Positions 27,919 through 37,694 of a stretch of 64,000 bases of DNA are shown here, in pieces. Within the stretch, counting starts at the first letter, position 1. The number at the start of each line of letters is the position of its first letter. The translations under genes were made by a program, and so were the position numbers. Under the pieces are notes generated by a model. That model was not told the DNA's origin. It saw nothing but the letters and a program-made list of their open reading frames with translations, and ran no database searches. The stretch comes from Thermoproteota archaeon (lineage in GTDB: Archaea; Thermoproteota; Thermoprotei_A; EX4484-217-1): positions 201,797 through 265,796 of the forward strand of contig JAPDJU010000005.1 in NCBI GenBank assembly GCA_029258915.1, in the 5' to 3' direction.

Positions 27919-29454
27919 ATGTTTAATAAAATATTGGTGGCTAACAGAGGAGAAATAGCTGTAAGAGTAATTAGAGCTGCAAGGGAATTAAACATAAGAA
28001 CAGTTGCTGTTTATACAAAGTACGATATAGTAGCTTTACACGTTATATTAGCTGATGAAGCCTATAGAATAGATGATTACTTAAATGTTTCCAGTATTTT
28101 AAATATAGCTGAAAAGGCTAAGGTAGATGCCATACATCCAGGTTATGGTTTCTTATCTGAAAATCCTGATTTTGCAAGTTTAGTTGAGAAAAACGGATTT
28201 ACTTTCATAGGTCCTTCACCTAAAGCTATGAAACTTGCTGGAAATAAGGTTGAGGCGAGAAAAACAGCATTAAAAGCTGAAATACCTGTGATTCCTGGAA
28301 CTATAGAACCTGTCGAAGACTTTGAAAAAGCAAAGAAAGTTGCCGAAGAATTAGGCTATCCTGTTCTGTTAAAAGCTGGAGGCGGCGGAGGAGGAATAGG
28401 TATGAGAATAGCGAAAAACGAGGAAGAACTTGAAAACTATTTGAATCTTTCAAGAGTGGAAGCGGACAAGTCGTTTAAAATATCTGATATCTACATTGAG
28501 AAGTATTTAAGTAAACCTAGGCATATTGAAGTGCAAATTCTAGCAGACCATTACGGAAATATTATACACTTATTTGAAAGAGAATGTTCTATTCAGAGAA
28601 GATTTCAGAAGCTCATAGAAGAAGCTCCTTCTAAGGCGTTAATGTGGGATGAAAGATTAGCTATAACCAGAGATGCCGTTAAATTCATTGAAGAAGCAAA
28701 ATACACTAATGCAGGAACTGTAGAATTCCTTTACAAAGATGGTAGGTACTACTTTTTAGAAGTTAATGCCAGATTGCAAGTAGAGCATGGAGTAACTGAA
28801 ATGGTTACAGGCGTAGACATAGTTAAAGCGCAAATAAAAATAGCAGCAGACGAGCCGCTTAACATTTCTCAAGGTCAAATATCCATTAAGGGTTGGGCTA
28901 TGGAAGTAAGAATAAACGCTGAAGATCCTTTAAACGATTTCATGCCGTCACCAGGTAAAATAGTAAAATACCATGAACCAGGAGGTTTAGGGGTTAGAGT
29001 TGACAGTGGGGTTTACGAAGGATACACTGTTCCTCCAATGTACAATCCTCTCATGGCAAAGCTTATAGTATGGGGTGAAGACAGGGTAGAAGCTATTTCG
29101 AGACTTAGACGGGCTCTCTCAGAATACATAATTGAAGGTGTTAAGACTACTATACCTCTTTACAAAGAAATAGTCAATGATGAAGATTTTATTAAAGGAA
29201 ACATACACACAATGTATCTTCCAGAGAAACTCCCAAAGTTCATCAAAAAATTAGCTACTATTGAGAGGGAAAGAATAGTAGCTGCTGTTGTAGCCAGTGA
29301 AAAACTAAATAAGCGTCCAATAAGTGCTCAGCAGCATGGTACTTACGGCAGGTTAAGAAGCGTAAATAGGCTTTGGAGGAACATGTTATTAACAGGCCAT
29401 TATATGAGAACTTTGTGGTTTAGAAAAAGAAAAATCAGCCGGTTTAAACGTTGA
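27919..29454 (+). CDS. accC: acetyl-/propionyl-CoA carboxylase biotin carboxylase subunit
   Basis: 511 aa with the ATP-grasp glycine loop KAGGGGGGIGM and the biotin carboxylase motifs EVNARLQVEH. Confidence 0.9.
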   Translation: MFNKILVANRGEIAVRVIRAARELNIRTVAVYTKYDIVALHVILADEAYRIDDYLNVSSILNIAEKAKVDAIHPGYGFLSENPDFASLVEKNGFTFIGPSPKAMKLAGNKVEARKTALKAEIPVIPGTIEPVEDFEKAKKVAEELGYPVLLKAGGGGGGIGMRIAKNEEELENYLNLSRVEADKSFKISDIYIEKYLSKPRHIEVQILADHYGNIIHLFERECSIQRRFQKLIEEAPSKALMWDERLAITRDAVKFIEEAKYTNAGTVEFLYKDGRYYFLEVNARLQVEHGVTEMVTGVDIVKAQIKIAADEPLNISQGQISIKGWAMEVRINAEDPLNDFMPSPGKIVKYHEPGGLGVRVDSGVYEGYTVPPMYNPLMAKLIVWGEDRVEAISRLRRALSEYIIEGVKTTIPLYKEIVNDEDFIKGNIHTMYLPEKLPKFIKKLATIERERIVAAVVASEKLNKRPISAQQHGTYGRLRSVNRLWRNMLLTGHYMRTLWFRKRKISRFKR

Positions 29455-29966
29455 AAAGAAAAATCAGAGTTCAAACCGGTAGCAGCGATATAGACCTTGA
29501 ACTTGTTAGTAGAAATGAAAACACGTACCTTGTTAAAGACGAAGGACTAGGTACTTTAAGGGTTAAGATTTTAAGTGTTGAAGGAGACAAGGTAGAACTT
29601 GTAATTAACGATAGAAAGTATACAGTACTACTTGATAGAAGTTCTAGAATAACGTATGTTAATGGAATACCTATAAAGCTGCTTATAACGAAACCTCATA
29701 GGCACTTAACAGTGAAAAAAAGCGTGAGTGCTACTAAAGAATTTAGTTCTAAAGTCAAAGTAATATCAGCTCCTTTAAGTGGCCGTATAGTTTCCATAAA
29801 AGTTAGGGAAAATGATCGTATAAGAAAAGGCGATGTGGTCTTAGTTATAGAGTCCATGAAAATGCTTAATGAAATAAGGTCCCCACGTAGTGGTATAGTA
29901 TTAAAGATTAATGTCTCTGAGGGGGACATAGTTAAGAAGGGTCAAGAGCTTCTTATAATAAGGTAG
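29451..29966 (+). CDS. accB: biotin carboxyl carrier protein
   Basis: 171 aa with the biotinyl-lysine motif IESMKMLNEI. Its start overlaps the accC stop. Confidence 0.85.
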   Translation: MKRKIRVQTGSSDIDLELVSRNENTYLVKDEGLGTLRVKILSVEGDKVELVINDRKYTVLLDRSSRITYVNGIPIKLLITKPHRHLTVKKSVSATKEFSSKVKVISAPLSGRIVSIKVRENDRIRKGDVVLVIESMKMLNEIRSPRSGIVLKINVSEGDIVKKGQELLIIR

Positions 29967-29968
29967 GT

Positions 29969-31576
29969 TTAAAGAGGTATGTTACCATGTTTTCTTGGAT
30001 AATATTCTTCGCGCTTATTCTGAAGCATTTCAAGAGCTTTTATGAGCATAGGTCGTGTTTTCCTTGGTTCAATGACATCATCTATTAGCCCTAATTCTGC
30101 TGCTCTATAGGGATTAGCAAATAAAGCTCTATATTCTCTTAGTTTCTGCCTAAATAGCTCCTCAGGCTCTTTAGCTTTCGCCAGTTCTTTTTTAAATATT
30201 ATTCTGACAGCTCCTTCAGGTCCCATAACAGCTATTTCCGCTGTAGGCCATGCATAAACTATATCTGCTCCTAAGCTTTTAGATCCCATAGCTATATATG
30301 CTCCACCATATGCTTTTCTAAGAATAATAGTGATTTTTGGTACGGTTGCTTCAGTATAGGCATATACTAGTTTTGCTCCATGCTTAATTATACCTCCATG
30401 TTCCTGCTCAACGCCTGGCAAATAGCCTGGAACATCTACGAACATTATTATCGGTATGTTAAAGGAATCGCAGAATCTAATGAACCGGGCGGCTTTTACA
30501 GAACTATCTATATCTAATGCTCCTGCAAGATACCTTGGCTGACTAGCCACAATACCTACAGAATACCCGTTTAACCTAGCGAACCCCACGACAATATTCG
30601 GTGCATAGTTTTCATGTACCTCTAAGAATTCTCCATTATCGACGATTCTAAGAATAATATCTCTTACATCATAAGGAGTCATAGGATCTATAGGTACTAT
30701 GTTTTCTAACTCTTTATCCTCGCGATCCGGCGGATCACCTGTGCTAATGTAAGGTGGGTCTTCCGTATTATTTGATGGAATATAAGATAAGAGCTTCTTT
30801 ACAAGTGTGAAGGCTTCTTCCTCGTTATCCGCTATAAAATGTGCTACACCACTTTTTGAGGCATGTACCTCAGCGCCACCTAAGTCTTTAAAGCTAACAT
30901 CTTCACCTGTGACAGCCTTAACGACCTGAGGTCCTGTAATAAACATAAAGGAGATGTCTCTAGGCATTATTATGAAATCTGTAAGTGCTGGAGAATACGA
31001 TGCCCCACCAGCGCATGGTCCTAGTATGAGCGATATTTGCGGTATTATACCTGAAGCTTTTACGTTCATTCTAAATATTCTTCCGAAACCGTCTAACGAG
31101 GCAACACCCTCATGGATTCTAGCTCCACCTGAGTCATAAAGGCCTATAAGAGGTGTTCCGGTTTTTAAGGCCATAGATATTATAAACTCAATTTTCTTAG
31201 CATGCATCTCGCCTAGAGAACCGCCTATAACTGTGAAGTCTTGTGCAAATATGTGGACAGGTCTACCATCGATTTTACCGTAACCTATAACGACACCGTC
31301 ACCCAGATACTTTACCTTGTTTAAGCCAAAGTATGTGCTTCTATGAATAACAAACGGTTGTAATTCAACGAAAGTTTCAGGGTCAAGAAGCTTTTCAAGA
31401 CGTTCCCAAACCGTCAATTTACCCTTCATTTTTTGTCTTTTTACTCTTTCAGGACCTCCTCCCTCTTTAGCTTTCATCTTTAATTTCCTTAATTCTTCAA
31501 TTAATTCCTCCATGGTCTTTTCCTCGCTCAACCCAAAACACCTAAACTTGCTTAATTGTTTCATAGAGTAATACAA
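29969..31576 (-). CDS. pccB: acyl-CoA carboxyltransferase beta subunit (PccB/AccD)
   Basis: 535-aa carboxyltransferase with its N and C domains. Confidence 0.85.
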   Translation of the reverse strand: MYYSMKQLSKFRCFGLSEEKTMEELIEELRKLKMKAKEGGGPERVKRQKMKGKLTVWERLEKLLDPETFVELQPFVIHRSTYFGLNKVKYLGDGVVIGYGKIDGRPVHIFAQDFTVIGGSLGEMHAKKIEFIISMALKTGTPLIGLYDSGGARIHEGVASLDGFGRIFRMNVKASGIIPQISLILGPCAGGASYSPALTDFIIMPRDISFMFITGPQVVKAVTGEDVSFKDLGGAEVHASKSGVAHFIADNEEEAFTLVKKLLSYIPSNNTEDPPYISTGDPPDREDKELENIVPIDPMTPYDVRDIILRIVDNGEFLEVHENYAPNIVVGFARLNGYSVGIVASQPRYLAGALDIDSSVKAARFIRFCDSFNIPIIMFVDVPGYLPGVEQEHGGIIKHGAKLVYAYTEATVPKITIILRKAYGGAYIAMGSKSLGADIVYAWPTAEIAVMGPEGAVRIIFKKELAKAKEPEELFRQKLREYRALFANPYRAAELGLIDDVIEPRKTRPMLIKALEMLQNKREEYYPRKHGNIPL

Positions 31577-31618
31577 TATTTAAAACGTATTGCTTCAAGA
31601 AAATATATCAACAAAAGT

Positions 31619-32500
31619 TTAAAACCTAGGTTTTTGCGCAATAACCCCTATATCTACCTTGCGAATAATTATAAAACCAACCTTCATAAGTCTGTTAATG
31701 ACACCTTTGGTTATACTCTTCCTCCCAATGGCTTCTCCAGGTTTACCTACATAGTGGAAGAGTTTACCTTTAGGCTTAATTACTCTGAAAAGTTTATGGT
31801 AGAATTTTTCACTATAAAGTTCTCCAGCAAGAGAAAATCTAGGGGGATCATGTATTACTTTATCAAATATGTAGTCTTTAAAGTAGTCTATAGCATCAAA
31901 CGTGTTACCTAATAATATTATTATGTTTTCGTTTTCTAAAAATCTGGACCAAGGATTTAAACCAGAAATAGTTAAGACATTTTCATCTATCTCGATAGTG
32001 TAAACCTTACGAGCACCGAATCTTAAAGAAGCTATTGCAGTATAGCCTAATCCAGTACATGTGTCCAGGACTAAGTCACTTTTCCTAATGCCTAACATTT
32101 TAACTTTACTTGCCGCATCATCCCACGGACATATACCTTTTATTCTATGCATGTGTATACCATTGATCTCGAGAGTAGGGGCTTTACAATTCCTTACAGC
32201 CATAAGCCTGTAGTACTTACCATTGCTATAAAGTGATATTTCTTTCAACATACCATTCTCTATAATGTACACTGAATTCTCCTTAATCCTCATTTCTTTT
32301 AAATAATCTATTTTTAACACTTCATCATATTCTTCTAAGTAAATTTCACGCCCTGATATTAAAATAGGGCTTACTGAAAACCCTAGATCTAGAGTTATGT
32401 AGTATCTTCCTTGAGAGTAGTCAGTAATTAGTTCTTTAACCATGTAGCCAGCGATAACGGGTTTTAGCATAGGCTTAAACTGATATATTTCTATGCTCAT
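31619..32500 (-). CDS. SAM-dependent methyltransferase with DPPF-type motif IV (putative RNA/N-methyltransferase)
   Basis: 293 aa. Motif I is VLDTCTGLGYTAI and motif IV is IHDPPRF. Confidence 0.6.
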   Translation of the reverse strand: MSIEIYQFKPMLKPVIAGYMVKELITDYSQGRYYITLDLGFSVSPILISGREIYLEEYDEVLKIDYLKEMRIKENSVYIIENGMLKEISLYSNGKYYRLMAVRNCKAPTLEINGIHMHRIKGICPWDDAASKVKMLGIRKSDLVLDTCTGLGYTAIASLRFGARKVYTIEIDENVLTISGLNPWSRFLENENIIILLGNTFDAIDYFKDYIFDKVIHDPPRFSLAGELYSEKFYHKLFRVIKPKGKLFHYVGKPGEAIGRKSITKGVINRLMKVGFIIIRKVDIGVIAQKPRF

Positions 32501-33228
32501 GTTTTCTTACTTTCCCCAAATGCTATAGTTATTTTCTCTAGTCTTTCAAGTATGTTGTTCAACCTATTTTCAAACATAAACTTATATAGTAGTATCTTTG
32601 ATCTTCTTCTTATTTCACCGTAGCTTCTCGTTTTAGGTAAAATGCCTTTTCTTTTTAGCTTGTTTATTTTATTTAGTAAGTCTAGTAGGTCTATGTTTAG
32701 TGCTTTTGCAGCCTCAGTTATAGTAGGGTTTTCAGCTATTGCCTTTAATGTTTTTATTTCCTCTTTAGAAATTTCAGGAAATGGTGTTAATATTGATTCT
32801 AAATATTCGTCGAGAACATTTTCAACAGATTCTCTAACTATAACCTCTAGTTCTTCAGCATCTACTAAGAATTGATCACTTAATTCAATAACTTTTACGT
32901 TAAGTTCCTCAGCAGCAACCTTTGCTGCGTCATCCACGAAGCCTTTACAAACAACAAGAGGTTTCATAGAAAGAAGTTTTGCATTAGTATAAGCTTGTCT
33001 AACACCTGAAACATCAAGCCTACCAGCTTTAACTTCAACAGCATACTTTACACCATCACCATCTTCAGCAATAGCGTCAACCTCAGCGACTTCAATGCCC
33101 TTTACAACAACTTTCCTATGAATATCTATAATTTTATACCCTAAGTTTTCAAGAACTCTCAAAGCAATTCTCTCGCTACTTCTCCACCTAGACTTAGCAG
33201 AAACTATACTTCGAACACCTCTAAGCAC
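32497..33228 (-). CDS. PD-(D/E)xK nuclease-fold protein with C-terminal HTH
   Basis: 243 aa. The N-terminal core VDAIAEDGDGVKYAVEVKAG is restriction-endonuclease-like. The C-terminal HTH-like segment is TLKAIAENPTITEAAKALNI. Confidence 0.5.
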   Translation of the reverse strand: MLRGVRSIVSAKSRWRSSERIALRVLENLGYKIIDIHRKVVVKGIEVAEVDAIAEDGDGVKYAVEVKAGRLDVSGVRQAYTNAKLLSMKPLVVCKGFVDDAAKVAAEELNVKVIELSDQFLVDAEELEVIVRESVENVLDEYLESILTPFPEISKEEIKTLKAIAENPTITEAAKALNIDLLDLLNKINKLKRKGILPKTRSYGEIRRRSKILLYKFMFENRLNNILERLEKITIAFGESKKT

Positions 33229-33356
33229 TTCTCAATCTACACTAACCTCGTTTAAAATATTTAAGCTAAATGAAAACATCTAAAATACTAATAGTATCAT
33301 ATAACTATTCTAATAGTTAAGAATAATTTACGATAATATTACATGTGGTATAGTGA

Positions 33357-33899
33357 ATGGATTCAACCGATATGAACACTAAAATGCGGCATAGTGTTCC
33401 CATAAATGAGATTATAACTAAGTTAGGTACTCATCCCTTTAAAGGGTTAAAGAGCAGTATTGTTGATGATAAGATCAAAGAGTATGGGTTTAATGTTATT
33501 AGAGAGATCAAAAGAAGCATATTTATGATTTTTCTTGATCAGTTCAAGAGTTTTCTTGTTTTAATTTTAATTGTTGCCGCTATTTTCTCTCTTATTTTAG
33601 GTGGAGTTAAGGATGCTTCTGTTATTCTTGCTATTGTTTTACTAATGTCTATACTTAGTTTTATTCAAGAGTATAGAGCTGAGAAAACTATTACTAAACT
33701 AGGTGTATTGACTAATAGGGGTATGATTTATACGCTCATAGTAAGCGTTATTCTTCAATTATTGGCTATCTATTGCATACATTTAATGTTCGATGTTAAA
33801 CCATTATTGTTAGGTGATTTAGCTCTCATAGTAATTTTATCTCTAACCTTAATTCTAATAGATGAAGCAAGAAAAACATTGAAGGTGAAGATATATTGA
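33357..33899 (+). pseudogene. P-type ATPase remnant or mini-gene (N-terminal cation-ATPase domain fused to a few TM helices)
   Basis: 180 aa with the Cation_ATPase_N-like segment SVPINEIITKLGTHPFKGLKSSIVDDKIKEYGFNVI and QEYRAEKTITKL. The actuator, phosphorylation (DKTGT) and nucleotide-binding domains are absent. Confidence 0.5.
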
Positions 33900-34567
33900 G
33901 TTCTATATTAGAAAACATATTAAAATATGCTGAGAAAACATATGGCGAAAATGTTAATAAGTTCATAGACGAAATTAGAAAAAGAGAGTGTTTTGAACAT
34001 TTAGTTTTAACAATAATTTCTCAAAATACTAATTGGAGAAATGTAAGAAAAGCTGCTGAAAATTTAAAGAAAATTTTAGGTACAATAACCCCTTATACTG
34101 TTCTATCCGCTAACATTGTTGACTTAGAAAGAGCGCTTAAACCGGCTGGTCTTTATAGAGTTAAATCCAGATGGTTAAAGAACATAGCCTATACTGTAGT
34201 TAAAGAGTTCGGCGGAAGCCTTGATTGTCTTGAAGAACTTCCCCTAGATGAAGCTAGGGAAATATTGTTAAAAATACCTGGAATTGGATTTAAGACGGCA
34301 GATATAATTTTATGTTTCTGTTTTTCTAAGCCCATTCTTCCCGTAGATACACATATAAAGAGAATAGCTAGAAGAACAGGCATCTGTGTTTCTAAAAACT
34401 ATGACGAAATAAGAATAAAGCTAGAAAGGGAAATAAGGTCAGAAGCTAGACTAAAAGCACATTTACTATTAATCTTATTTGGACGAAACATATGCAGGGC
34501 GAGAAAACCTTTATGCAGAAAATGTCCTGTTAACGGTATTTGTCCTTCAAGCATTATCAGTAAGTGA
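33896..34567 (+). CDS. nth: endonuclease III (HhH-GPD, Fe-S)
   Basis: 223 aa with LKIPGIGFKTADIIL, PVDTHIKRIARRTGI and the C-terminal Cys cluster CRKCPVNGIC. Confidence 0.85.
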   Translation: MSSILENILKYAEKTYGENVNKFIDEIRKRECFEHLVLTIISQNTNWRNVRKAAENLKKILGTITPYTVLSANIVDLERALKPAGLYRVKSRWLKNIAYTVVKEFGGSLDCLEELPLDEAREILLKIPGIGFKTADIILCFCFSKPILPVDTHIKRIARRTGICVSKNYDEIRIKLEREIRSEARLKAHLLLILFGRNICRARKPLCRKCPVNGICPSSIISK

Positions 34568-35626
34568 AGTTGTTAACCTTGTTTCTTCGAAAAATGTTCT
34601 ACTTAGTTTAGTCCACACGGTTCTTAAGGATAATGAGTGCTTGCTTCTCAATTGTTTTTTAAATGGCATTTCTATTTCCTGTTCCTCTCCCGGCTTTAAA
34701 CAAGGAAGTTTTAATCTGTTAATAATAATCCCTGTATCTATAAGTAGTAACCATAACTTATCAGGTCGTGATTGCCCAACGTTAGCTATCTTTATTACTA
34801 ATCTAGGATTTCTATCGTCTGCAATTAGCTTTACATCCTTTATTCTAATACATGGCTTAATTATTTTAGTAGATGCTAGGATAAATGTTGATAAGTAAAT
34901 AGGCTTCTTAATAGCATTTTCCCTACGAATTTCATGTTTAACCTCTATTTCATTATTGTTTTTTACTTGAATATTTTCTACATGTATTTCCTCTAAATCA
35001 CTTAATCCACTTAGTGAGAATACTTTTTTATTATTAACGTAAATACTTGCCATAGAATGTCTTGACTTGGCTAGTGCAATAGCCTTTAGTTCTCCTGAAT
35101 ACTTATCGATAACATTTAAGGGTACACTAAATCTAAAGCTTTCATTAGGCGGAATTATTAAAGCACCTGAGAAGTAAGCATATGAAGATACAGCTTCTTT
35201 GGCTTCAAAAGCTAGGACAATGTTTGCATGATTTATTTCTATTTCTCCAGGACCATCATATTTTATTGCTAATTTTATCTCTTCACTTTCTCTAGCGTGT
35301 AGAATAGGTGTTATATCAAAGAGAACTTTATTAAAGTATTCTTCTTTAAGCTCAATGGTATTTTGCGGCTTAAATTCTCTTGTTAATGGGAAATTGTTAA
35401 CCCATAACCTCCACTTAACGTGTAAGGGATCGGTTGTTGTTGCCGCGATTTCAAGTGTTGCCTCCTTAAGTTTAGCGCTAAGGGGTTTAATGTATTCAAA
35501 CGTTAAACAGCCTGTTCTCGACCTATGTAATCCTCCAAGCCTTAACGGTCCCGATGTAAGTAAAGTTATTTCACCATTTATTGTTGCTATTTTAACTACT
35601 TGCAATGAGTTTATTACTTTGCTCAA
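34547..35626 (-). CDS. hypothetical protein (beta-rich, possibly secreted)
   Basis: 359-aa ORF. Confidence 0.4.
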   Translation of the reverse strand: MSKVINSLQVVKIATINGEITLLTSGPLRLGGLHRSRTGCLTFEYIKPLSAKLKEATLEIAATTTDPLHVKWRLWVNNFPLTREFKPQNTIELKEEYFNKVLFDITPILHARESEEIKLAIKYDGPGEIEINHANIVLAFEAKEAVSSYAYFSGALIIPPNESFRFSVPLNVIDKYSGELKAIALAKSRHSMASIYVNNKKVFSLSGLSDLEEIHVENIQVKNNNEIEVKHEIRRENAIKKPIYLSTFILASTKIIKPCIRIKDVKLIADDRNPRLVIKIANVGQSRPDKLWLLLIDTGIIINRLKLPCLKPGEEQEIEMPFKKQLRSKHSLSLRTVWTKLSRTFFEETRLTTSLTDNA

Positions 35627-35674
35627 TCGAAAAGACCTCCATGAGAATTTTTTAATTGCTCTCGAAGATGAATT

Positions 35675-36466
35675 TTATTCTATTTGGAATTTTTGGAACT
35701 TTTCTCTTATTAATTTTAATAAAATATCTGAAGCTTTTTCAATGTAATATTTCGCTTCTTCCATGTTTTTCCCGGAAGAAGTTATGTGAAGTTCTATTAC
35801 AGGTTTTACTCCTTCTGCTCCTCTTGGATGGCTTTTAATGTAAACCTTACTTACATTTTTCATTACTAAATCTAATACAGGAGCTAAAGATGATTCCGGA
35901 ATACCTTTTACAGTAATCGTCTTTTCGCTAAAACATAGATGCGGCCCTATGTTTTTTAACACTGGTTCCACGTGTTCTTTAAAAATAGCCTTCATCTCCT
36001 TGGGAACACCTGGTAGAGATATTATTAGACATTCTTTTTCCTTTATTAAAATTCCGGGAGCAGTACCGATAGAGTTTGGCAGCGGTCTTGATCCTTCAGG
36101 CATTTTCGCCATTTTAACTCTATGAGGAGTTAGTTTAAGACCCATTTTATAATACTTCTCCTTAACCATTTGAAGAGCTTCGAAATTGATAACCCAAGGT
36201 TTCCTTAGAGCTACAGCTAATGCCTCACTTGTCTTGTCATCGAATGTTGGACCTAGGCCTCCTGTAGTAATTATTACCTTTGCTTCTCTGCTGATGCTTT
36301 CTCTCAAAGCAGAAACTATATCTTCAATGATGTCTCCTACGGTAACTATTCTTTTTACGTTAAAACCTAGTAATGTAAGCTTTCTCGCAATCCATGTTGC
36401 ATTAGTATTTACCGTTTTTCCTATTAGAAGCTCGTTCCCTATGCTTATAATTTCTGCGTTATACAT
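35675..36466 (-). CDS. CinA N-terminal-like / MoCF-biosynthesis (MoaB/MogA-fold) domain protein
   Basis: 263 aa. IISIGNELLIGKTVNTNATWIARKL...TTGGLGPTFDD is diagnostic. Confidence 0.75.
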   Translation of the reverse strand: MYNAEIISIGNELLIGKTVNTNATWIARKLTLLGFNVKRIVTVGDIIEDIVSALRESISREAKVIITTGGLGPTFDDKTSEALAVALRKPWVINFEALQMVKEKYYKMGLKLTPHRVKMAKMPEGSRPLPNSIGTAPGILIKEKECLIISLPGVPKEMKAIFKEHVEPVLKNIGPHLCFSEKTITVKGIPESSLAPVLDLVMKNVSKVYIKSHPRGAEGVKPVIELHITSSGKNMEEAKYYIEKASDILLKLIREKFQKFQIE

Positions 36467-36712
36467 TGTAAGTCAGCTTCTACTGTAAATATTCCTAGTA
36501 TAAATGTATTTAGCTATTTTAAATTAAAACTTTACAGAATAAGCTGTGAATTATTGAGACTTTAAGACAAATAATATAAGAATTTCGTAACTTACAATGT
36601 TTTCATGAGCCGTTATGAATGTTAAAAATATTTTGATGCATTTTACCTAAGAAAACCTTTATAAATACCTAGCTTACTTGACTATTCGAGCATTAAAGCT
36701 AAGGGTTAATGT

Positions 36713-37069
36713 ATGGATAAAGTAACAGGTAAACATGTTTACGGTAACTTATACAATTGTAATGAGGAAGTAATATCTGATGAAGAAAAATTAAAAAACA
36801 TTGTAGCTGAAGCAGCTAAGAAAGCAAATGCTACGTTATGGGAGATTAAGTCTTGGATGTTTAAAGGAGAAAAGGGAGGAATAAGTATCATAGCTCTAGT
36901 TGTTGAAAGTCACATAGCATTGCACACATGGCCTAAGTTTAGATTTGCTACAGTTGATATTTACACGTGCGGTGAAGAAACAGATCCCTGGAAGGCTTTT
37001 GAGTTCATTATCTCACAGCTTAAACCTGGAAAATATACGGTAAACTATGTTGATAGGTCAAGTAGATAA
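36713..37069 (+). CDS. AdoMetDC-fold pyruvoyl decarboxylase, second paralog (SAM decarboxylase or arginine decarboxylase)
   Basis: 118 aa with VVESHIALHTWPK and ATVDIYTCGE. Confidence 0.8.
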   Translation: MDKVTGKHVYGNLYNCNEEVISDEEKLKNIVAEAAKKANATLWEIKSWMFKGEKGGISIIALVVESHIALHTWPKFRFATVDIYTCGEETDPWKAFEFIISQLKPGKYTVNYVDRSSR

Positions 37070-37139
37070 GTTAACTTTTAAACAAGCAATTCTTTTTAAC
37101 TCTCTTAGATAGCTTAACATTCAGTTTTGGTGCCTTATC

Positions 37140-37694
37140 ATGGTTAAGGTGTTAATTACCGGCGATACGCATATACCTACAAGGGCTAAAAACATACCGA
37201 ACATAATGAGAAAGGTTATAGAGGAAAATAAACCATATTATGCTGTTTTCTTTACGGGAGATTTAATCTCTGAAAACATATTAAGGTTCGTTAAAAGTCT
37301 TTCTAAGAGAGCATATATTGTCCAAGGAAATATGGACTACCTTAGTCTTCCTGAAGAAGTAGCTACAGAAATCGCTGATATTAAAATAGGAATGATACAT
37401 GGTCACCAAGTTTATCCTAGAGGTAATATTGAAAAATTAGCTAGAATAGCTGAAGAAATGAATGTTCAAATATTAATTAATGGACATACACACTATGCTA
37501 AAATAGTACAGCCCTACAATAAGGACATAATTCTTGTCAATCCAGGTTCCTTAACAGGTGTTTGGAGTGGTGGTTATGCCTCAATGAGACCTTCGTTAAT
37601 CATAGGGTTTTTTGAAACAGACCATGTAATCCTTAAACTTTACGAGCTTTATGGCAATAAGTTAGAAATCAAAGAATATAACTTCACTTTTTAG
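37140..37694 (+). CDS. metallophosphoesterase (MJ0936/YfcE family)
   Basis: 184 aa with VLITGDTHIP and NGHTH. Confidence 0.75.
   Translation: MVKVLITGDTHIPTRAKNIPNIMRKVIEENKPYYAVFFTGDLISENILRFVKSLSKRAYIVQGNMDYLSLPEEVATEIADIKIGMIHGHQVYPRGNIEKLARIAEEMNVQILINGHTHYAKIVQPYNKDIILVNPGSLTGVWSGGYASMRPSLIIGFFETDHVILKLYELYGNKLEIKEYNFTF

Noticed and set aside
28374-28400. GGAGGCGGCGGAGGAGGA repeat
   Set aside because: It encodes the glycine-rich ATP-binding loop (GGGGGGIG) of biotin carboxylase. It is not a repeat element.
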